From positions 26,226,001 to 26,290,000 of the forward strand of contig OZ024760.1 of the NCBI GenBank assembly GCA_964016885.1: a stretch of 64,000 bases of DNA, written 5' to 3'. Below the pieces are notes generated by a model. The model was given only the letters and a program-made list of their open reading frames with translations. It made no database searches and was not told where the DNA came from. Shown here piece after piece: positions 43,500 to 59,830 of the stretch. Both the position numbers and the translations under genes were made by a program. How positions within the stretch are numbered: the stretch's first letter is position 1; each line of letters starts with the position of its first letter. The DNA comes from Eledone cirrhosa. Lineage: Eukaryota.

Positions 43500-43980
43500 G
43501 TCCGAACGTGGAAGAGCCGAACTCCCACTGTCATCACCTCCATCTCTCTTGCCCTCCCCATCTCTCTCATGTACACCAGGTCCTGACACAGAAGGGCCAA
43601 ACTCCCACTGTCATCACCTCCATCTCTCTCGCCCCTCCCCATCTCTCTCATGTACACCAGGTCCAAACACAGAAGGGCCAAACTCCCACTGTCATCCCCC
43701 CCATCTCTCGCCCTCCCCATCTCTCTCATGTACACCAGGTCCCAACACAGAGGAGCCAAACTCCCATTGTCATCGCCTCCATCTCTCTCACCCTCCCCAC
43801 ATCTCTCTGTATAGTAAGGAAATGGGGTCCCACGTGCTGGCCGCCCCATAGCCCTGGCGGACAGAATGTAGAAGGCGTTTCCCCAGAGGATGGTAAGGGA
43901 GATGCACTGGAAGAGCAATTCCAACTCGAGAGGCTCACAACTGCGGCTGGCCAGGTCCCGTAACTCCTGATAGATAGAAT
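43500..43980 (-). mobile_element. CRE-clade 3' fragment whose 3' UTR is tandemly repeated (about 80 bp x4)
   Basis: YQELRDLASRSCEPLELELLFQCISLTILWGNAFYILS in the track ORF; ACTCCCA motif at 43521, 43601, 43682 and 43760. Confidence 0.7.
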
Positions 43981-44035
43981 AGGAAGAGAGAGGGAGGGAG
44001 GGAGAGAAAGAGAGTGAAAGAGAGAAAGAGAGAAA

Positions 44036-44093
<58 letters not shown>

Positions 44094-44257
44094 GAAAGAC
44101 AGATAGTGAGAGAGAGAGAAAGAGAGAGATGGGAAAGAGAGATAGGGAGAGAGAGAAAGAGAGAGATGGGAAAGAGAGATAGAGAGAGAGAGAAAGAGAG
44201 AGATGGGAAAGAGAAAGAGAGAGATGGGAAAGAGAAAGAGAGAGATGGGAAAGAGAG

Positions 44258-44302
<45 letters not shown>

Positions 44303-44377
44303 AGAGAGTGAGGGGTGGGGGGGGGGGGGGGGGGGGAAGAGAGAGATGGGAAAGAGAGAGATGGGAAAGAGAGATAG

Positions 44378-44420
<43 letters not shown>

Positions 44421-44426
44421 TGGGAA

Positions 44427-44552
<126 letters not shown>

Positions 44553-44556
44553 AGGG

Positions 44557-44590
<34 letters not shown>

Positions 44591-44596
44591 TGAGAA

Positions 44597-44631
<35 letters not shown>

Positions 44632-44692
44632 TGGGAAAGCGAGATAGTGAGAGAGAGAGATACTTATATCTCAAGAAGAGTTTTCTTTGCAA

Positions 44693-47600
44693 ATTGTAGT
44701 AATGGCATTCAATCAGAACAATAACAACAATACTAACAATGCTAGCAATAAATTATTTGAAATAATCACAACGTCAATCTAGGTGAGAAATATAGTATAT
44801 CTACGATTTTAGCGTGTAAAACTAGCTGACATGAGGCAGATGCATGAAATTGACATGTAAAAGCTGTAGAGGGTAGCGATCTCTAGACCTACCAGTTCAG
44901 AGAAACAATTGTCAGCAATAAGATTAAAAACCTTTTTTGTATAGCAAACCGTGTCACTCTTCTTTCCTGATTTATTATTACTCCAAGTGTTTACAACAAA
45001 GGAATTACAGCGTACTCGCAGCATCACTATGGAAATACCTTGTTGAATCAAACTTAGCCAAGCGTTGATATCATCCACTACCCGGAGTACCATAACTGGA
45101 CTACACTTATGTGGACTACCTATAACAATAATCTGTTACCCCGTATACTTAGCTCCCACCCGGTTGAGCAACACCATTAACGCACGGCAACAACATGGAA
45201 AAGCACCGTATAGGAATGTCCACTGAAAAACATACCTATACCTACAAATAAGGACTATACACTAGGCATGATACAACGGACTAATGATTTCATCCGTACG
45301 CTCCGATGGAAGGTTTACCACTTCGACAAAGGACCAGCTATTAACGCAAGAGAATTTTCTAAGGAGAATTACGGATTCAAATCCTGCAAAAACCCTCCAA
45401 ACAACCCCACACTCGATGCCTTCGAGCTGGACCTTATGAATATGATAAGTGGAACTAAATTTAAAAAAGAACACCCCACAACAAATTACAAAATGACATC
45501 AATACACTACTAAAAAAACTAAAAGACACTAACGGTATCATAGTAAAGGCAGACAAAACATCAAACGTATACTCTATGGACCTTAACACATACAATAATT
45601 TTATTCAGCGTGAACTACACAAAAAAATACAAAAAACAAACGAATCCACACTCACCGGCATTAACGTGGAGGGCCTTAGGATAGTAAATAAACTCGGAAT
45701 ACCTGATAGGACCGAGCCTCTAAGCCATGCAACCCCACATTTAACCTAAAGGATCACAAAAAAAATAATTTTGAAACAAACCCTACTATCAGATTAATAT
45801 GTCCATCTAAGTCAGATATAGGTAAAATTAGCAAGAACATTCTAGATAGGGTAATCGCACAAATAAAGGGTAAACTAGAAATCAATTTATGGGGTAACAC
45901 TAATGAGGCGATCTAATGGTTCAATAAAATACGAAATAGGGAGACATGTAACTTCAAACAATTCGAGATAAACGATTACTATGCATCCATATCCCCAGCC
46001 ACCCTAGATAAAGCACTTATATTTGCCCAAAATAACTCCGATCTTACCCCTGAGGAAATTGAAATAATAATAGCGGCTAGAAGGACTATCATAAAATCTG
46101 AAAATAGCTACTGGGTAAGTAAGATAGGATAAACAGCTTCGATATCACAATGGGATCAAATGACTCTGCGCAAATCACTGACGTCGTGGGGCTATTTAGA
46201 GCACACAACCTACATAAGGAATTCAGTAACCTCCAAGGAGGGATTTATAGAGACATCACGCTCCTTATAGCTAGGAACTTAAACAACCAGAGCATGGAAA
46301 GATTAAGAAAAAACATTAGAACATTCTTCAAAAAACTAGGCCTAAGTATTACCTACGAACTGAACCATAAAAAGGTAAACTTTCTAGATGTGACTCTAAA
46401 TCTAAATACGGGATTAATAGAACCCTTCCACAAAAATAATGAGAATCTGGCCTACAATAGTTATAACTCAAACCACCCCAAATCCATAATCAGATCCATA
46501 GCACGTAGTATATCCCTTAGAATATCCCGCTTATCCTCAAACCTAGAAATTTTTAATGAACATGCTAACTATTATAACGCAGCATTACATAAGGTCGGAC
46601 ATAAAGATAAGCTGCAGTTTATAACGAATAAAGACAACTTAAACAAACCTACTAGCAATTACACTAACCGCTCACACAAAAATAGAGGTAACAGGACTAG
46701 ACATAGAGTTAGGCACGTAGCACCTAGAGTAAGTGGTCCAAACACCAATAATGTAAACCCTAGAAACAATAGAAGAATCAGAGATAGAAAATACCTGTGG
46801 TTCAATCCAATCTTCAACTCCTCTGTAAAAACTAGACTGCCTTCTACATGCTTTAAACTAATAGATAAACACTTCCCTATTTCACACAGATATCATAAAA
46901 TACTCAATAGAAAAACTATAAAACTCTCATAATCTACGGCAGCAAATATAGAATCGCACATATGCAAGATCAACCACAGAAATACCTTTAGGGAATCCGC
47001 CCCACCTATGCGCAACATAGCACCAAATTATAAACATAAACATATCACAGTATCACAACCGCAAGTGCATACAAGCACGCAGTAGCAAAACCCCAACGGG
47101 CATAAATCACAACCCACTTATAGCAGTGTACAAAACAGCAGTGTGGAAGCTGCACGAAATAACACCTCAAACTGTAGCTGTCACCTACCGGATAGGTGCC
47201 CATTGGCGAATAGATGCCTTGATTCGAGGCTAGTGCACATGTATACGGTCAACTCAGACAACTCCACTTGGCATTACATTGGATCCACCGCGGGTACTTT
47301 TAAAAAAAGATGGTATGTGCACAGACACTCGATGAAAAGCGTGCGTGCACTTATGGGTTCTACAACCCTCGCCAAAAAAATCTGGGAACTTAAGGACAAT
47401 AACACCAACTACAATATCAACTGGTCGAGGTTGTCGGCCGCAAAGACTTACAGTACCGGTATGTCCCACTGTGGGCTCTGTGATCTAGAATTACTGTATA
47501 TCCTTAGGAATGTAAAAAGGCTACTCAACAACAAGTTAGAAAGATCAATCTTCTGCAGACACAGGATCGCCACTAAATTCACAAGATTTAAGCCTCCGTG

Positions 47601-48748
47601 AATCGAACCGACGCAACTTAACTTTCAACTTAGGATATCCACTATACTGCACGAACCACCACAGAAATATAATCATTAAGTACATTCTACCCTTCTTAAT
47701 TCTCTACCACAGAAATGTCTGTAAGTACCTTATCAACCCATAAATATATCCCTTCTCAGCTGCTGTCAACACAACTTCCTCACCCTTGACTCTCAACAAA
47801 TGAACCTAAATCCAAGAACATTTCAAAATACTACTACAGCAGAACATTACCTTCCTCCTGTTATAATTGTAGTCAGCATGTTTTCTCTTTATATATATAT
47901 ATATATATATATATTGCCTCCTTAACCTCTGTATTAACTTGCCTATTATATTGCTACTCTGTTAATGTTGTCTTGTACATGTATGTTATTGATGATGTGA
48001 AAGCTAAACAACCCCTTCATCTAATATAGACCACATAAATATTGAACCTAACACCACAAATATTACTATCCTCACTACAGTGATACATTTTTCATCTGTC
48101 AGATAATAAATGATTCTTACGGCCACCAGACCTACAGTAAAGGAAATGGTTCATTGTTTAAAGCCACCGGCTTATCTTTACACTATATATAATACACCCC
48201 ATGACAGCTTTTACATGTCAATTTTATACATCTGCCTCATGTCCGCTAGTTTTACACGCTAAAATCGTAGATATACTATATTTCTCACCTAGATTGATGA
48301 TGTGATTATTTCAAATAATTTATTGCTAGCATTGTTAGTATTGTTGTTATCGTTCTGATTGAATGCCATTACTACTATATATAGTAGCCATGCCTGTATA
48401 TTCCTTTCATTCTCACAAGCTCCGATGAATTGACTGGTTATAACTTTGTATTGGTGATCGAATGACGTGAAAACAAGCGGGTAGCGATCTCTAGACCTAC
48501 CAGTTCAGAGAAACAATTGTCAGCAATGAGATTAAAAACCTTTTTTGTATAGCAAACCGTGTCACTCTTCTTTCCTGATTTATCATTACTCCAAGTGTAA
48601 ACAACAGGAATTACAGCGTACTCGCAGCATCACTATGGAAACGCCTTGTTGAGTCAAACTTAGCCAAGCGTTGATATCATCCACTACTCGGAGTACCATA
48701 ACTGGACTACACTTAAGTTGACTACCTATAACAATAATCCGTTATCCC

Positions 48749-48750
<2 letters not shown>
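44693..48750 (+). mobile_element. Near full-length decayed Penelope-like element (RT + C-terminal GIY-YIG), with direct and inverted pseudo-LTR segments
   Basis: KNIPIP..IRTLRWK, ADKT, FDITMGSNDSAQ, GGIYRD, NFLDVTLNL, WFNP, CSCHLPDRCPL, YIGSTAGTFKKRWYVH, CGLC and CRH motifs (about 45195-47601, with stops and frameshifts); 44873-45145 repeats 48480-48750; 44695-44868 is an inverted copy of 48205-48376. Confidence 0.92.
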
Positions 48751-48813
<63 letters not shown>

Positions 48814-48829
48814 TATGTCTCTACGCGGG

Positions 48830-48880
<51 letters not shown>

Positions 48881-49090
48881 CAAAGGAATTGTGGTAAGGA
48901 ACCAGATGGACCATAACGCACCAGAGTTTTCAATATTTAGGGTAGTAGAGTGGGAAATAGGAAAAAGTATGACCCCGACGGCAGAGCTCAAGCCGTTTCG
49001 ACGGCTATTTCTGAACTATTTCTGGCTATTTCAGTCCAGAAATAGCCGTCGAAACGGTTTGAGCTCTGCCGTCGGGGTCATACTTTTTCC

Positions 49091-49123
<33 letters not shown>

Positions 49124-49132
49124 ACACGTACA

Positions 49133-49233
<101 letters not shown>

Positions 49234-49533
49234 TGTGTGTGTGTGTGTATGTATGTATGTCTGTACGTGTATATGTGTATATATATATAGGCCGCTATAT
49301 ATTTCAGTAAGTACTTTGGTTTGCCTGCACCACATCAGAAAATGCCTCCTAGTAAAGACAGCGTGCCGGATACAATCTAACCTATTTCTTGAGAAGCAAC
49401 TAAGGCTATAACTCCATGTAGTTCTAAGTTGATCTAGCTCAGTCCACTCAGCCGTATAATGTCATTAGATAAACAACATGGGATCTATTTCTTGTACTTT
49501 ATTTTTTACTACTAGGTTTATTTCTTATTTTTC

Positions 49534-49570
<37 letters not shown>

Positions 49571-49638
49571 AAGAGACATGTGTATGTGTATTTATATATA
49601 TTATGTGTGTGTCTACACACACACACACACACACACAG

Positions 49639-49727
<89 letters not shown>

Positions 49728-49735
49728 GTATATAT

Positions 49736-49776
<41 letters not shown>

Positions 49777-50202
49777 TTATATATAAATAACAAAATAAGA
49801 TGCTGAGGTTACATATATCGTTTAATAATAATAATTATTTCCACGGTTCTTCATGTAATCGAGATGGACTTCATGCATTTGCTGTTGATTATGAGAACGG
49901 TTTCCTCATATATATATGTATATATATTATGTAAGCAGAAGGGATATTCAATTTGTTGGTAATTCAACAAATATAAATGTTTATAACTGATTCAGAGCAC
50001 TCGACATATTTTCTGGAGTGTAACATTCAATGATATTAAATAAATGGAAACTATATTTATAAAACCATATTTATTCTATTATATATATTTCAAGAGTACC
50101 AAAACTTTGGTACGCTATCATCAGATAAAATACTATGTGTGTTTTATAAATTTTGACATAGCCAAGGAAAATATTTATAAAAAATTTATAAAACACACTT
50201 TG

Positions 50203-50263
50203 TATTTTATCTGATGATAGCGTACCAAAGTTTTGGTACCCTTGAAATATATATAATAGAATA
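50203..50263 (+). ncRNA. Minimal type I hammerhead of family D (also about 28966-29030 and 61123-61183)
   Basis: tattttat-CTGATGA-tagcgtaccaaagttttggtaccctt-GAAA-tatata-TA-atagaata. Confidence 0.72.
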
Positions 50264-50354
50264 AATATGGTTTTATAAATATAGTTTCCATTTATTTAAT
50301 ATCATTGTATATATATTATTCATATATATTGTGTATATATATATGCATATATAT

Positions 50355-50390
<36 letters not shown>

Positions 50391-50399
50391 GAGAGAGAG

Positions 50400-52830
50400 A
50401 TACAATATATTAACAAATGGAAACTATATTTATAAAACCATATTTATTTTATTATACATATTTCAAGGGCCACCAAGGCAAATTATGGTGAGCTTTCATC
50501 AGATAAAATACAATACAGATTAGTTTTATAAATAAATATTGACATACTCTGAAAAAAGACAACCTTAACGGTTGGAGCTTCCTGGATAGTGGAGATATTA
50601 CATTTATTGAGGGTGATACAAAGTTATGATTTAGTATGCAAATGAGTGTCCGAAAGGTTGAAAAGATAACGGTTTATTTAAATTAAACTGTTGGAAGAAG
50701 GGGATATTGAGAGGGAGAGAGAAAAAAAGAAAGAGAAAAAGAAGGTATGATTATATATTTTTGACAGTGAAAATAGTGTGAACAGAGGAGAGTGTGATTA
50801 TATTTTTAAGTGAGAGAAAATATTAGTTACAAAGGACAAATACAGCGTAAGTAAATTTACGTGAGAGGAAAGAATAGATGAAGAAATGAGTATAGCGTGG
50901 AGGAATAATATTTATAATGCAGGATTCGTTATGTTTTGATTATAATATTTATAATGATAGGTTGAAAAAATTTGATTAAAGGTTTAATTAATAATTTAAT
51001 AATTAGTTTAGATGTGTATGTTAAGGATTATAAATTATTAAGAAATATATATTATATATTATAGTTTATTTTATTAAAAGTTGTAAGTCAAAATTTAAAA
51101 TATCCAAATAATTCTAAAAATAAAGAATAACCACTTAGTTGTATTATGTATCTTAAGAATGTAATTAGAATATGAATCTTATGTTATTTTATACGAAGTC
51201 ATAAATTTACTTGCTATAAAGTTATAACATTTAAAAAAAATTTTCATAAGAATATATTTAAAGCATAAACCATAGGTTACTCCACACATACACAAAAAAA
51301 CATATGTTTTTCACATATATATATAAACATTTGGATATATATATTAAAAACTTTGAAAATATGAGAATATAAAAATATAAAAATATAAAAATATAAAAAT
51401 ATAGTTTTTCTATATCCTTCAAAGGAATTTTCAAAAGATTTTCTTGAACCCTTCAGTAAGTTTTTCAAGAAAAAAAATTCCTTAAAGGAGTTTCAAGCAG
51501 TCATATAAAGGAATTTAATGATCTATCGATAGGTGTAATAATATATATGTGAAGTAGAGATAATAGAAAATAAGTTAAGTATATGAATCATATATGGATA
51601 TAGAAGACATTATGTAAAAGAGATAAGATGTATATTACATTATATATATATATATTTAAAAGTTGAATTTAAACGATGTTTTCAAGAACTAAATAAATTA
51701 TTCCTCAAATTAACAGAGTTCTTACTTTTTAGTATAAAGAATATTTCTTCGACACAAAGAGAGCAATTTTTGGATAAAGCAGTGTATGAAGGAGCTTTGG
51801 AGATAATATTCCAAAGTAAAGAATAGTTAATGTTCTTTGATTTCAGGTCCCATAGTAAGTTAGATAGAGAAGTTGAAGATTTTTTACTAATATTCGTAAA
51901 AGAACATTTGTGGTTATTAAAACGGGACTTAAAATCTGTGGAGGTAGAGCCTACATAATTAAAGGAGTTTATATTTGTTTTTACATTACAATTGTATACT
52001 ATATTTTTAACTAAACAATTATTATTTAGAGGACAGTTAGATTTATTTCTACAATTACATTTATCTAAATTTAAATTACTGGGAGCCGTAACATTATATT
52101 GGATATTGCTAGGGGTATTAATGGTATTCTGGTTAGGTTTTAATTTTCTATTATTAATTCTATTAATATTCTGCGCTAAATTCATGGTGGTGGAATATGA
52201 TAGTTTAATAGTATGTCTATTAAATATATAGTAATACCTGTGTGTTCTAGGAAAGCATTTATCTAGAGTTTTAAAGAATAATTTCGCAATAGGAGTTTTA
52301 ATACTTAATGAGAAAGGGGGAGCGAACCATAATATATTTCTAGTTCTATTTCTTCTTTTGGTTTTCAAGTTATTGTAAGGTTTTCTATTATAATATTTAT
52401 AGTTATGGTTAGTTGGCACATCCTTATTATCAATGTATTTAATTATATTACTATAGCCTGCTCTACCTAACGCTTCGTTATTATATTGTGCCTTATCTTC
52501 AAATATATTCTTATTAGCTGAAATTCTAGAAATACGTTGCTGCACAGAATTTACAATAGTGTTTTTAACGGATCTGGGGTGATTGGAATTAAAGTTAACA
52601 TAGTTTAGATTCTCATTTATTTTATGAAATGAATAATAAAGACCAGTGTTAAGGTTTAAAGTTACATCTAAAAAATAAGTATTTTATAATTATTCTCTAC
52701 TTCTACTTTAAGATTAAGGCAATTAAAAATTGTATAATTTCTTTTCTTTTCCTATTTATATCACAATTATTATTATTTTCTATAAGTAATAGCATATCGT
52801 CACGATATAAACCACCGGTCATCTCCAGTA
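50400..52830 (-). mobile_element. 5'-truncated Penelope-like element; probable parent of mini-element family D
   Basis: GGLYRDD at about 52796-52816; FLDVTLNL, WFAPPFS, CNCRNKSNCPLNNNC, YVGSTSTDFKSRFNNH and CSLCVEE motifs; the long AT-rich 3' UTR ends in a family D pLTR. Confidence 0.9.
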
Positions 52831-52914
52831 TTTTCCTATGTAAAATATATATATTAGAAAGTGAGGTTTTTTACAAAATGAAAAAAAACTGAGGTGTTCT
52901 ACACATATATATAT

Positions 52915-53365
52915 ATATATTTGGTTCCTTTACCGGTTTCGCAGTTCTTTTGCTTTTCAAAAGTAGAATTGAGATGGAGGGTTTGTGGTTTTTCTCACAT
53001 CTGGTTGGTGTTTGAATGTTACTTCTGTTACAGCGCGAAAGCTGATGTACTTATTCACGTGACTGCATCAACCAACCAAACTTCACTCATATATGAAAAA
53101 AACAACCTGAGCTCCCCCCCTTTTTAATGCAAATATAATAAGAACTATGTAACGCGAGCTGGCTCGAAATTATACTTATTCACCAACCAACCAAATTACT
53201 TCTCTAAAAACGTACCATTTCGAGCCACTTTTTTCCATATAAAACAGAAGTAACATTCAAACACCAACCAGTTGTGAGAAAAACCACAAATACTCCATCT
53301 CAATTCTACTTTTGAAAAGTAGAAGAACTGCGAAACCAGTAAAGGAACCAAATAAATATATATTT
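52915..53365. mobile_element. PLE-pLTR fold-back, family F
   Basis: About 115-bp inverted arms 52915-53029 / 53243-53360; ctt-TTGAAAA-gca..tgc-GAAAC-cg-GTA-aag variant hammerhead. Confidence 0.65.
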
Positions 53366-53410
53366 TTGTAAAAAAAAGACTCTAGTTGCATTTTCGATTT
53401 CATCTTTTTT

Positions 53411-53480
<70 letters not shown>

Positions 53481-53545
53481 AATGAAGAATTAGAAATAGA
53501 AGTTAGGAATATATATGTGTATATATATTATGTATATTAATATAC

Positions 53546-54745
<1,200 letters not shown>

Positions 54746-55485
54746 GTTGAAACACCCACGTCCCGTAGGGCTTATATAGGGTTAACGGCCAATAGATTCA
54801 AGCAGCGTCTTTACATGCATACCTATCTTTTCTTAACCCGTTAATAAGGAATATGACGTCACTTTCAGCTTATATCTGGAGTCTAAAAGACAACCACACC
54901 CAATATAAGTTACACTGGGGATCCTAGCTAAGGCTGGATTGTATAACGGAAATAAAAGACCATGTGACCTCTGCGCCGCTGAGGCCCTGGAAATACTCTA
55001 CGCCAAAGACCACATCTTAAACAAAAAATCTGAGGCAATTTCGGCTTGTAAACATAAATTGCACAAAACTTTCCTGTATTACAGCCCCACGTTATACCCT
55101 AACGGATAGTACGAACTATACGCGGATATTTTACGTCTTGATGTGGTAGTTAAGTATATGTTATGTTTATACTATTACTTATTTGTATAGGTAAGTATAT
55201 TTTACCTGCATGTTTTGTGAAGGTACGTATACTTTCTCGTACGTATATTTGCTTGTATATGTTATGGCGTATATATTATATATACTGGTACATGTGCATT
55301 TCGTTATGTGTATAGGTGAGTATGCGGCTTCGTACGTATGTAGGGTGTGTGTATATGTGTACTTTGTGTTTTGGTTGACGTATGTCCGTTAACATATGTG
55401 TATTTACATGTAAGTATGTGTGTGCGCATGTTATGTACGTATTTATGTGTATATTTATAGACGTTTATTTAATTATGTATACCCG

Positions 55486-55516
<31 letters not shown>

Positions 55517-56160
55517 TTATATATATTTTTATGTGTATTTGGTGTATACGTTCGTATGTGTACGGGTACAGGCGTTGCGTGGGTTCTGTATGTGCGTGCG
55601 TGTTTTTTTTTGTTTCTTTTAGTGTACGTGTTTGTATTTACATACCCATGGCGAATGTCTTCGCGTATGCTTGTGTATGTATGTATATGGATGCGTGTAT
55701 GTATATATTTAATTTCAATTACCTCTGTATTTTATTTACTTTATTCTTAACTCTGAGGCCGAGAATCATTCGGTTTCCTAAATAGAATATTAGTCTACGA
55801 CTTCAGTTATACCATAAACGTGGTTTTGTCTTTGCGTATAATTGTTTTCACCTGAACAAATAATGACGTATTATCTTCGTTTTTTTTTCCGTTCTTTGCC
55901 AGGGAACGTTTCCACGAACCAAAGTATCGTCTTCCTCTCTTCCTTCGGTTGCAACGTTTTTTGAAATATTTACTTCTGCGTTCACAGATTGACTTTTTTA
56001 GTTTCAGAAGATTCCGTTAAGGGTGAAAGCAGCGATTCTTTGCTTAAACTTTAATCTGTTATTTTAATAAATATTTGCTCTACGGTTCTTATATATCTGA
56101 TATATATTTATCCTTATCGAGCCCTCTTTGGATTTTAGTCTTCAAATTTATTATTATTAC
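54746..56160 (+). mobile_element. 3' fragment of another Penelope-like element (GIY-YIG, frameshifted; absent from the ORF track)
   Basis: 54765-55109 reads YIGLTANRFKQRLYMH../..TSLSAYIWSLKDN..W../ILAKA..CDLCAAEALEILY..LNKKSE..CKHK; the 3' end at 56056-56110 resembles 22838-22892. Confidence 0.8.
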
Positions 56161-56191
<31 letters not shown>

Positions 56192-56201
56192 ACGTCAATA
56201 C

Positions 56202-56802
56202 CAGTTGGCGCTACTGGTAACATGTATCCCAGTACAACCTGTCTCATGGTCGATTCGTTGGCGACTGAACTGGCAACCCCACCAAGGTTTCTTGGTGAGG
56301 AGGGGGACTTTGGACATCCTGCAGGACTAAAAACAAAATCTGTCAAAGGGATAAGGAGCTCTTAAGAGTTAATGGCCATCCAAAATCACCGGGAGAGATG
56401 ACCCCTTAGCCTTTGTCAAGACAGAATTCTAGGAGAAGGAAAACTCTGATATAACACCTGCAACCCTGATGGTAACCAATGATGTTGACTTGTTCTTCTT
56501 TTTGGTAAATATCATCTTGGTTAAGAGAGTGGGATTGGCTTTGTGCAGTGCCTTTGCTCACTATAAAAGCTTCACGGCACAGGCATTGCTTTATATCTGG
56601 AGATCTCTCTGCACTTGTCATCACATGGTACCATGGGCCCAGCACTATGTGTCAGTAATTGTCACAAGTGTAGTGTTTGTACCAGAGTTTTCAAGTCGCT
56701 GGCTGGACTAAAAAGTCACACTCGTTCAGCGCATCGGTAGGGGTTCTCCTACATGGATATAAGGTATTGGCCGTACTCGAAAACGAGTTGGCAGCCACGA
56801 TA
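56202..56802 (+). mobile_element. About 600-bp bipartite non-autonomous RTE derivative, copy 2, with 13-bp TSD
   Basis: Colinear with 11101-11700; TGTACGTCAATAC is duplicated at 56189-56201 and 56803-56815. Confidence 0.85.
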
Positions 56803-58871
56803 TGTACGTCAATACTCATCTTTATCCATTTATCTGAGAGTTCTAACCCCATTATCAGACTAAAATTTCTTTAATCAAAAAATACGGTGAAAGATATTCT
56901 ATTTTCTAATTTCAAACCTGCTCACTGTTTCAAAACATATTTACTTATATATATATATATATATATCATAAAACATGTCTATATATATATATATACAAAT
57001 ATATATGTTTGTATATCTATTTATACGGGTTAAGACCATTCCTCTCTACTGGAATGTATATATTTTAGTAGAGATTCTTTGCCCAATGGCTAAGCTTAAG
57101 TTCTGGGTGGTGGTGGTGGTGCTAGGGGTGTAGTGGTGGTGGTGTAGTTGTAGTGGGAGTGGTTGTGGTTGTGGTGTAGTGGTGGTGGTGGTGTAGTGGT
57201 AGTGGTGGTGGTGTAGTTGTAGTGGTGGTGTAGTGGCAGTAGTAGTGGTGGTGGTGGTGTAGTGGTAGTGGTGGTGGTGTAGTTGTAGTTGTGGTGGTGG
57301 TGTAGTGGTAGTGGTGGTGGTGGTGGTGTGGCCTCTGAAATTCTGAACGGAAAATGAAATCTGTGTAAATAAGTGGTGCAAAAGGTTGATTAGCTGTTAA
57401 GCAGGATGTGGTGGTGGGGTGTTGTTGTTGAGGTGGTAGTGGTGTGGTGGCGGTGGTAGTAGTGGTGGTGGGGTGTTGTTGTTGAGGTGGTGATGGTGTG
57501 GTGGCGGTGGTAGTGGTGGCGGTGGGGTGTTGTTGTTGAGGTGGTGGTGGCGGTGGTGGCGGTGGTAGTAGTGGTGGTGGGGTGTTGTTGTTGAGGTGGT
57601 GATGGTGTGGTGGCGGTGGTAGTAGTGGTTGGGTGTTGTTATTGAGGTGGTGATGGTGTGGTGGCGGTGGTAGTAGTGGCGGTGGGGTTTTGTTGTTGAG
57701 GTGGTGGTGGTGTGGTGGCGGTGGTAGTAGTGGTGGGTGGGTGTTGTTGTTGATGTGGTAGTGGTGTGGTGGCGGTGGTAGTAGTGGTGGCGGGGTGTTG
57801 TTGTTGAGGTGGTGATGGTGTGGTGGCGGTGGTAGTAGTGGTGGTGGGGGTGTTGTTGTTGAGGTGGTGGTTGTGGGGGGGGGGGGGGGGGGTTAAAGTG
57901 GTGGTAGTGTTATTGTTGACGTGGTGGTGCTGGTGTGGTGGTGGTTGTAGTAATGGTGGTGGTTGTAGTAGTGGTGGTGGTGGTAGTGTTGGTGATGTGT
58001 GGTGGCGGTGGTAGTAGTGGTGGTGGTGATGCTGGTGGTGGCTGTAGTAGTGGTGGTGTGTAGTGGTAGTTGTAGTAGTAGTGGTTGTAGTAGTGGTAGT
58101 GGTGATCGTAGCTGAAGTAGTGGTGGTTGTGGTGGTGGCGGTTGTAATTCTGATGGTGTTGTTATTGGTAATGGTGAAAGCCAAAGCTGTCCTCGGCAGG
58201 ATTTGAAATCACAACATAAAGGGCCGTAACTCTGTGCCACATTGCAGCATGTCCGATATTCGACGCTCTACTTATTAATTGTTTCTATTTTTGGCACAAG
58301 GCCAGCAATTAGCCAGTGTATTACTGGTACTTTATTTTATCGACCCCGTAAGGAAAGCCAAAGTTAACCTCGACGGGATTTGAACTCAGAATAGAAAGGG
58401 CCGTAACTCTATGTGTCAAAGCATGGCGTCCGACCCTCTACCGATACAGCCAATCCAATACCACGCTACCGCCTTCACCATCACTCTAATACTAACTACC
58501 ATCGTACGTCTTGTATTTCAATAGAATTTCTTCAAAGGTTGAAAGGTCAAACTTCAAATCTAAAAAAACTCTATCTCTTCACTGATTGGTTAAACAAAAT
58601 ATTAAAGAAACAAACAACAACAACAAAAAAAACAAAAAAAACAAAAAACAAAAAACAAAAAAAACAAAAAAACAAAAAACAAAAAACAAAAAAACAAATC
58701 TGATTTACATAAACAATAAGAAGAGATTCTGGCCAGATGGTAACCAGCGTTTCAATAACAAACTTCCGGTAATGTGTCACCCCACCCGTCGACATCTTTT
58801 TTTTATCTGACCTGACCCACAGCTTACCTCGTGAATAGATTAAACAGAACACCAATGGAGTTAATCTTGCC

Positions 58872-59830
58872 TGTGAAGGCCAAGGGCACTGTCCCTTCAT
58901 CCAGATTTAACTGACGTCAATGTCTCTAGGATCAAGGGCCTGTGAAGGCCAAGGGCACTGTCCCTTCATCCAGATTTAACTGACGTCAATGTCTCTAGGA
59001 TCAAGGGCTTGTGAAGGCCAAGGGCACTGTCCCTTCATCCAGATTTAACTGACGTCAATGTCTCTAGGATCAAGGGCTTGTGAAGGCCAAGGGCACTGTC
59101 CCTTCATCCAGATTTAACTGACGTCAATGTCTCTAGGATCAAGGGCTTGTGAAGGCCAAGGGCACTGTCCCTTCATCCAGATTTAACTGACGTCAATGTC
59201 TCTAGGATCAAGGGCTTGTGAAGGCCAAGGGCACTGTCCCTTCATCCAGATTTAACTGACGTCAATGTCTCTAGGATCAAGGGCTTGTGAAGGCCAAGGG
59301 CACTGTCCCTTCATCCAGATTTAACTGACGTCAATGTCTCTAGGATCAAGGGCTTGTGAAGGCCAAGGGCACTGTCCCTTCATCCAGATTTAACTGACGT
59401 CAATGTCTCTAGGATCAAGGGCTTGTGAAGGCCAAGGGCACTGTCCCTTCATCCAGATTTAACTGACGTCAATGTCTCTAGGATCAAGGGCTTGTGAAGG
59501 CCAAGGGCACTGTCCCTTCATCCAGATTTAACTGACGTCAATGTCTCTAGGATCAAGGGCTTGTGAAGGCCAAGGGCACTGTCCCTTCATCCAGATTTAA
59601 CTGACGTCAATGTCTCTAGGATCAAGGGCCTGTGAAGGCCATGGGTACTGTCCCTTCCCACAGACCTAAGCCACACCAATGTCTCTAGTATCAGAGGGGC
59701 ATGTGAAGGCCGAGAGCACTGACCCTTCCTCCAGACCTAATCCACATCAATATCTCTAGTATCAGAGGGCCTTTGAAACCCACGGGCACTGTCCCTTCCT
59801 CCAGATCTACGAGATATCAATATCTCTAAT
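58872..59830. repeat. 69-bp minisatellite: 11 near-perfect copies (58872-59630) plus about 3 diverged copies
   Basis: Unit TGTGAAGGCCAAGGGCACTGTCCCTTCATCCAGATTTAACTGACGTCAATGTCTCTAGGATCAAGGGCY; stop codons in all six frames. Confidence 0.92.
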
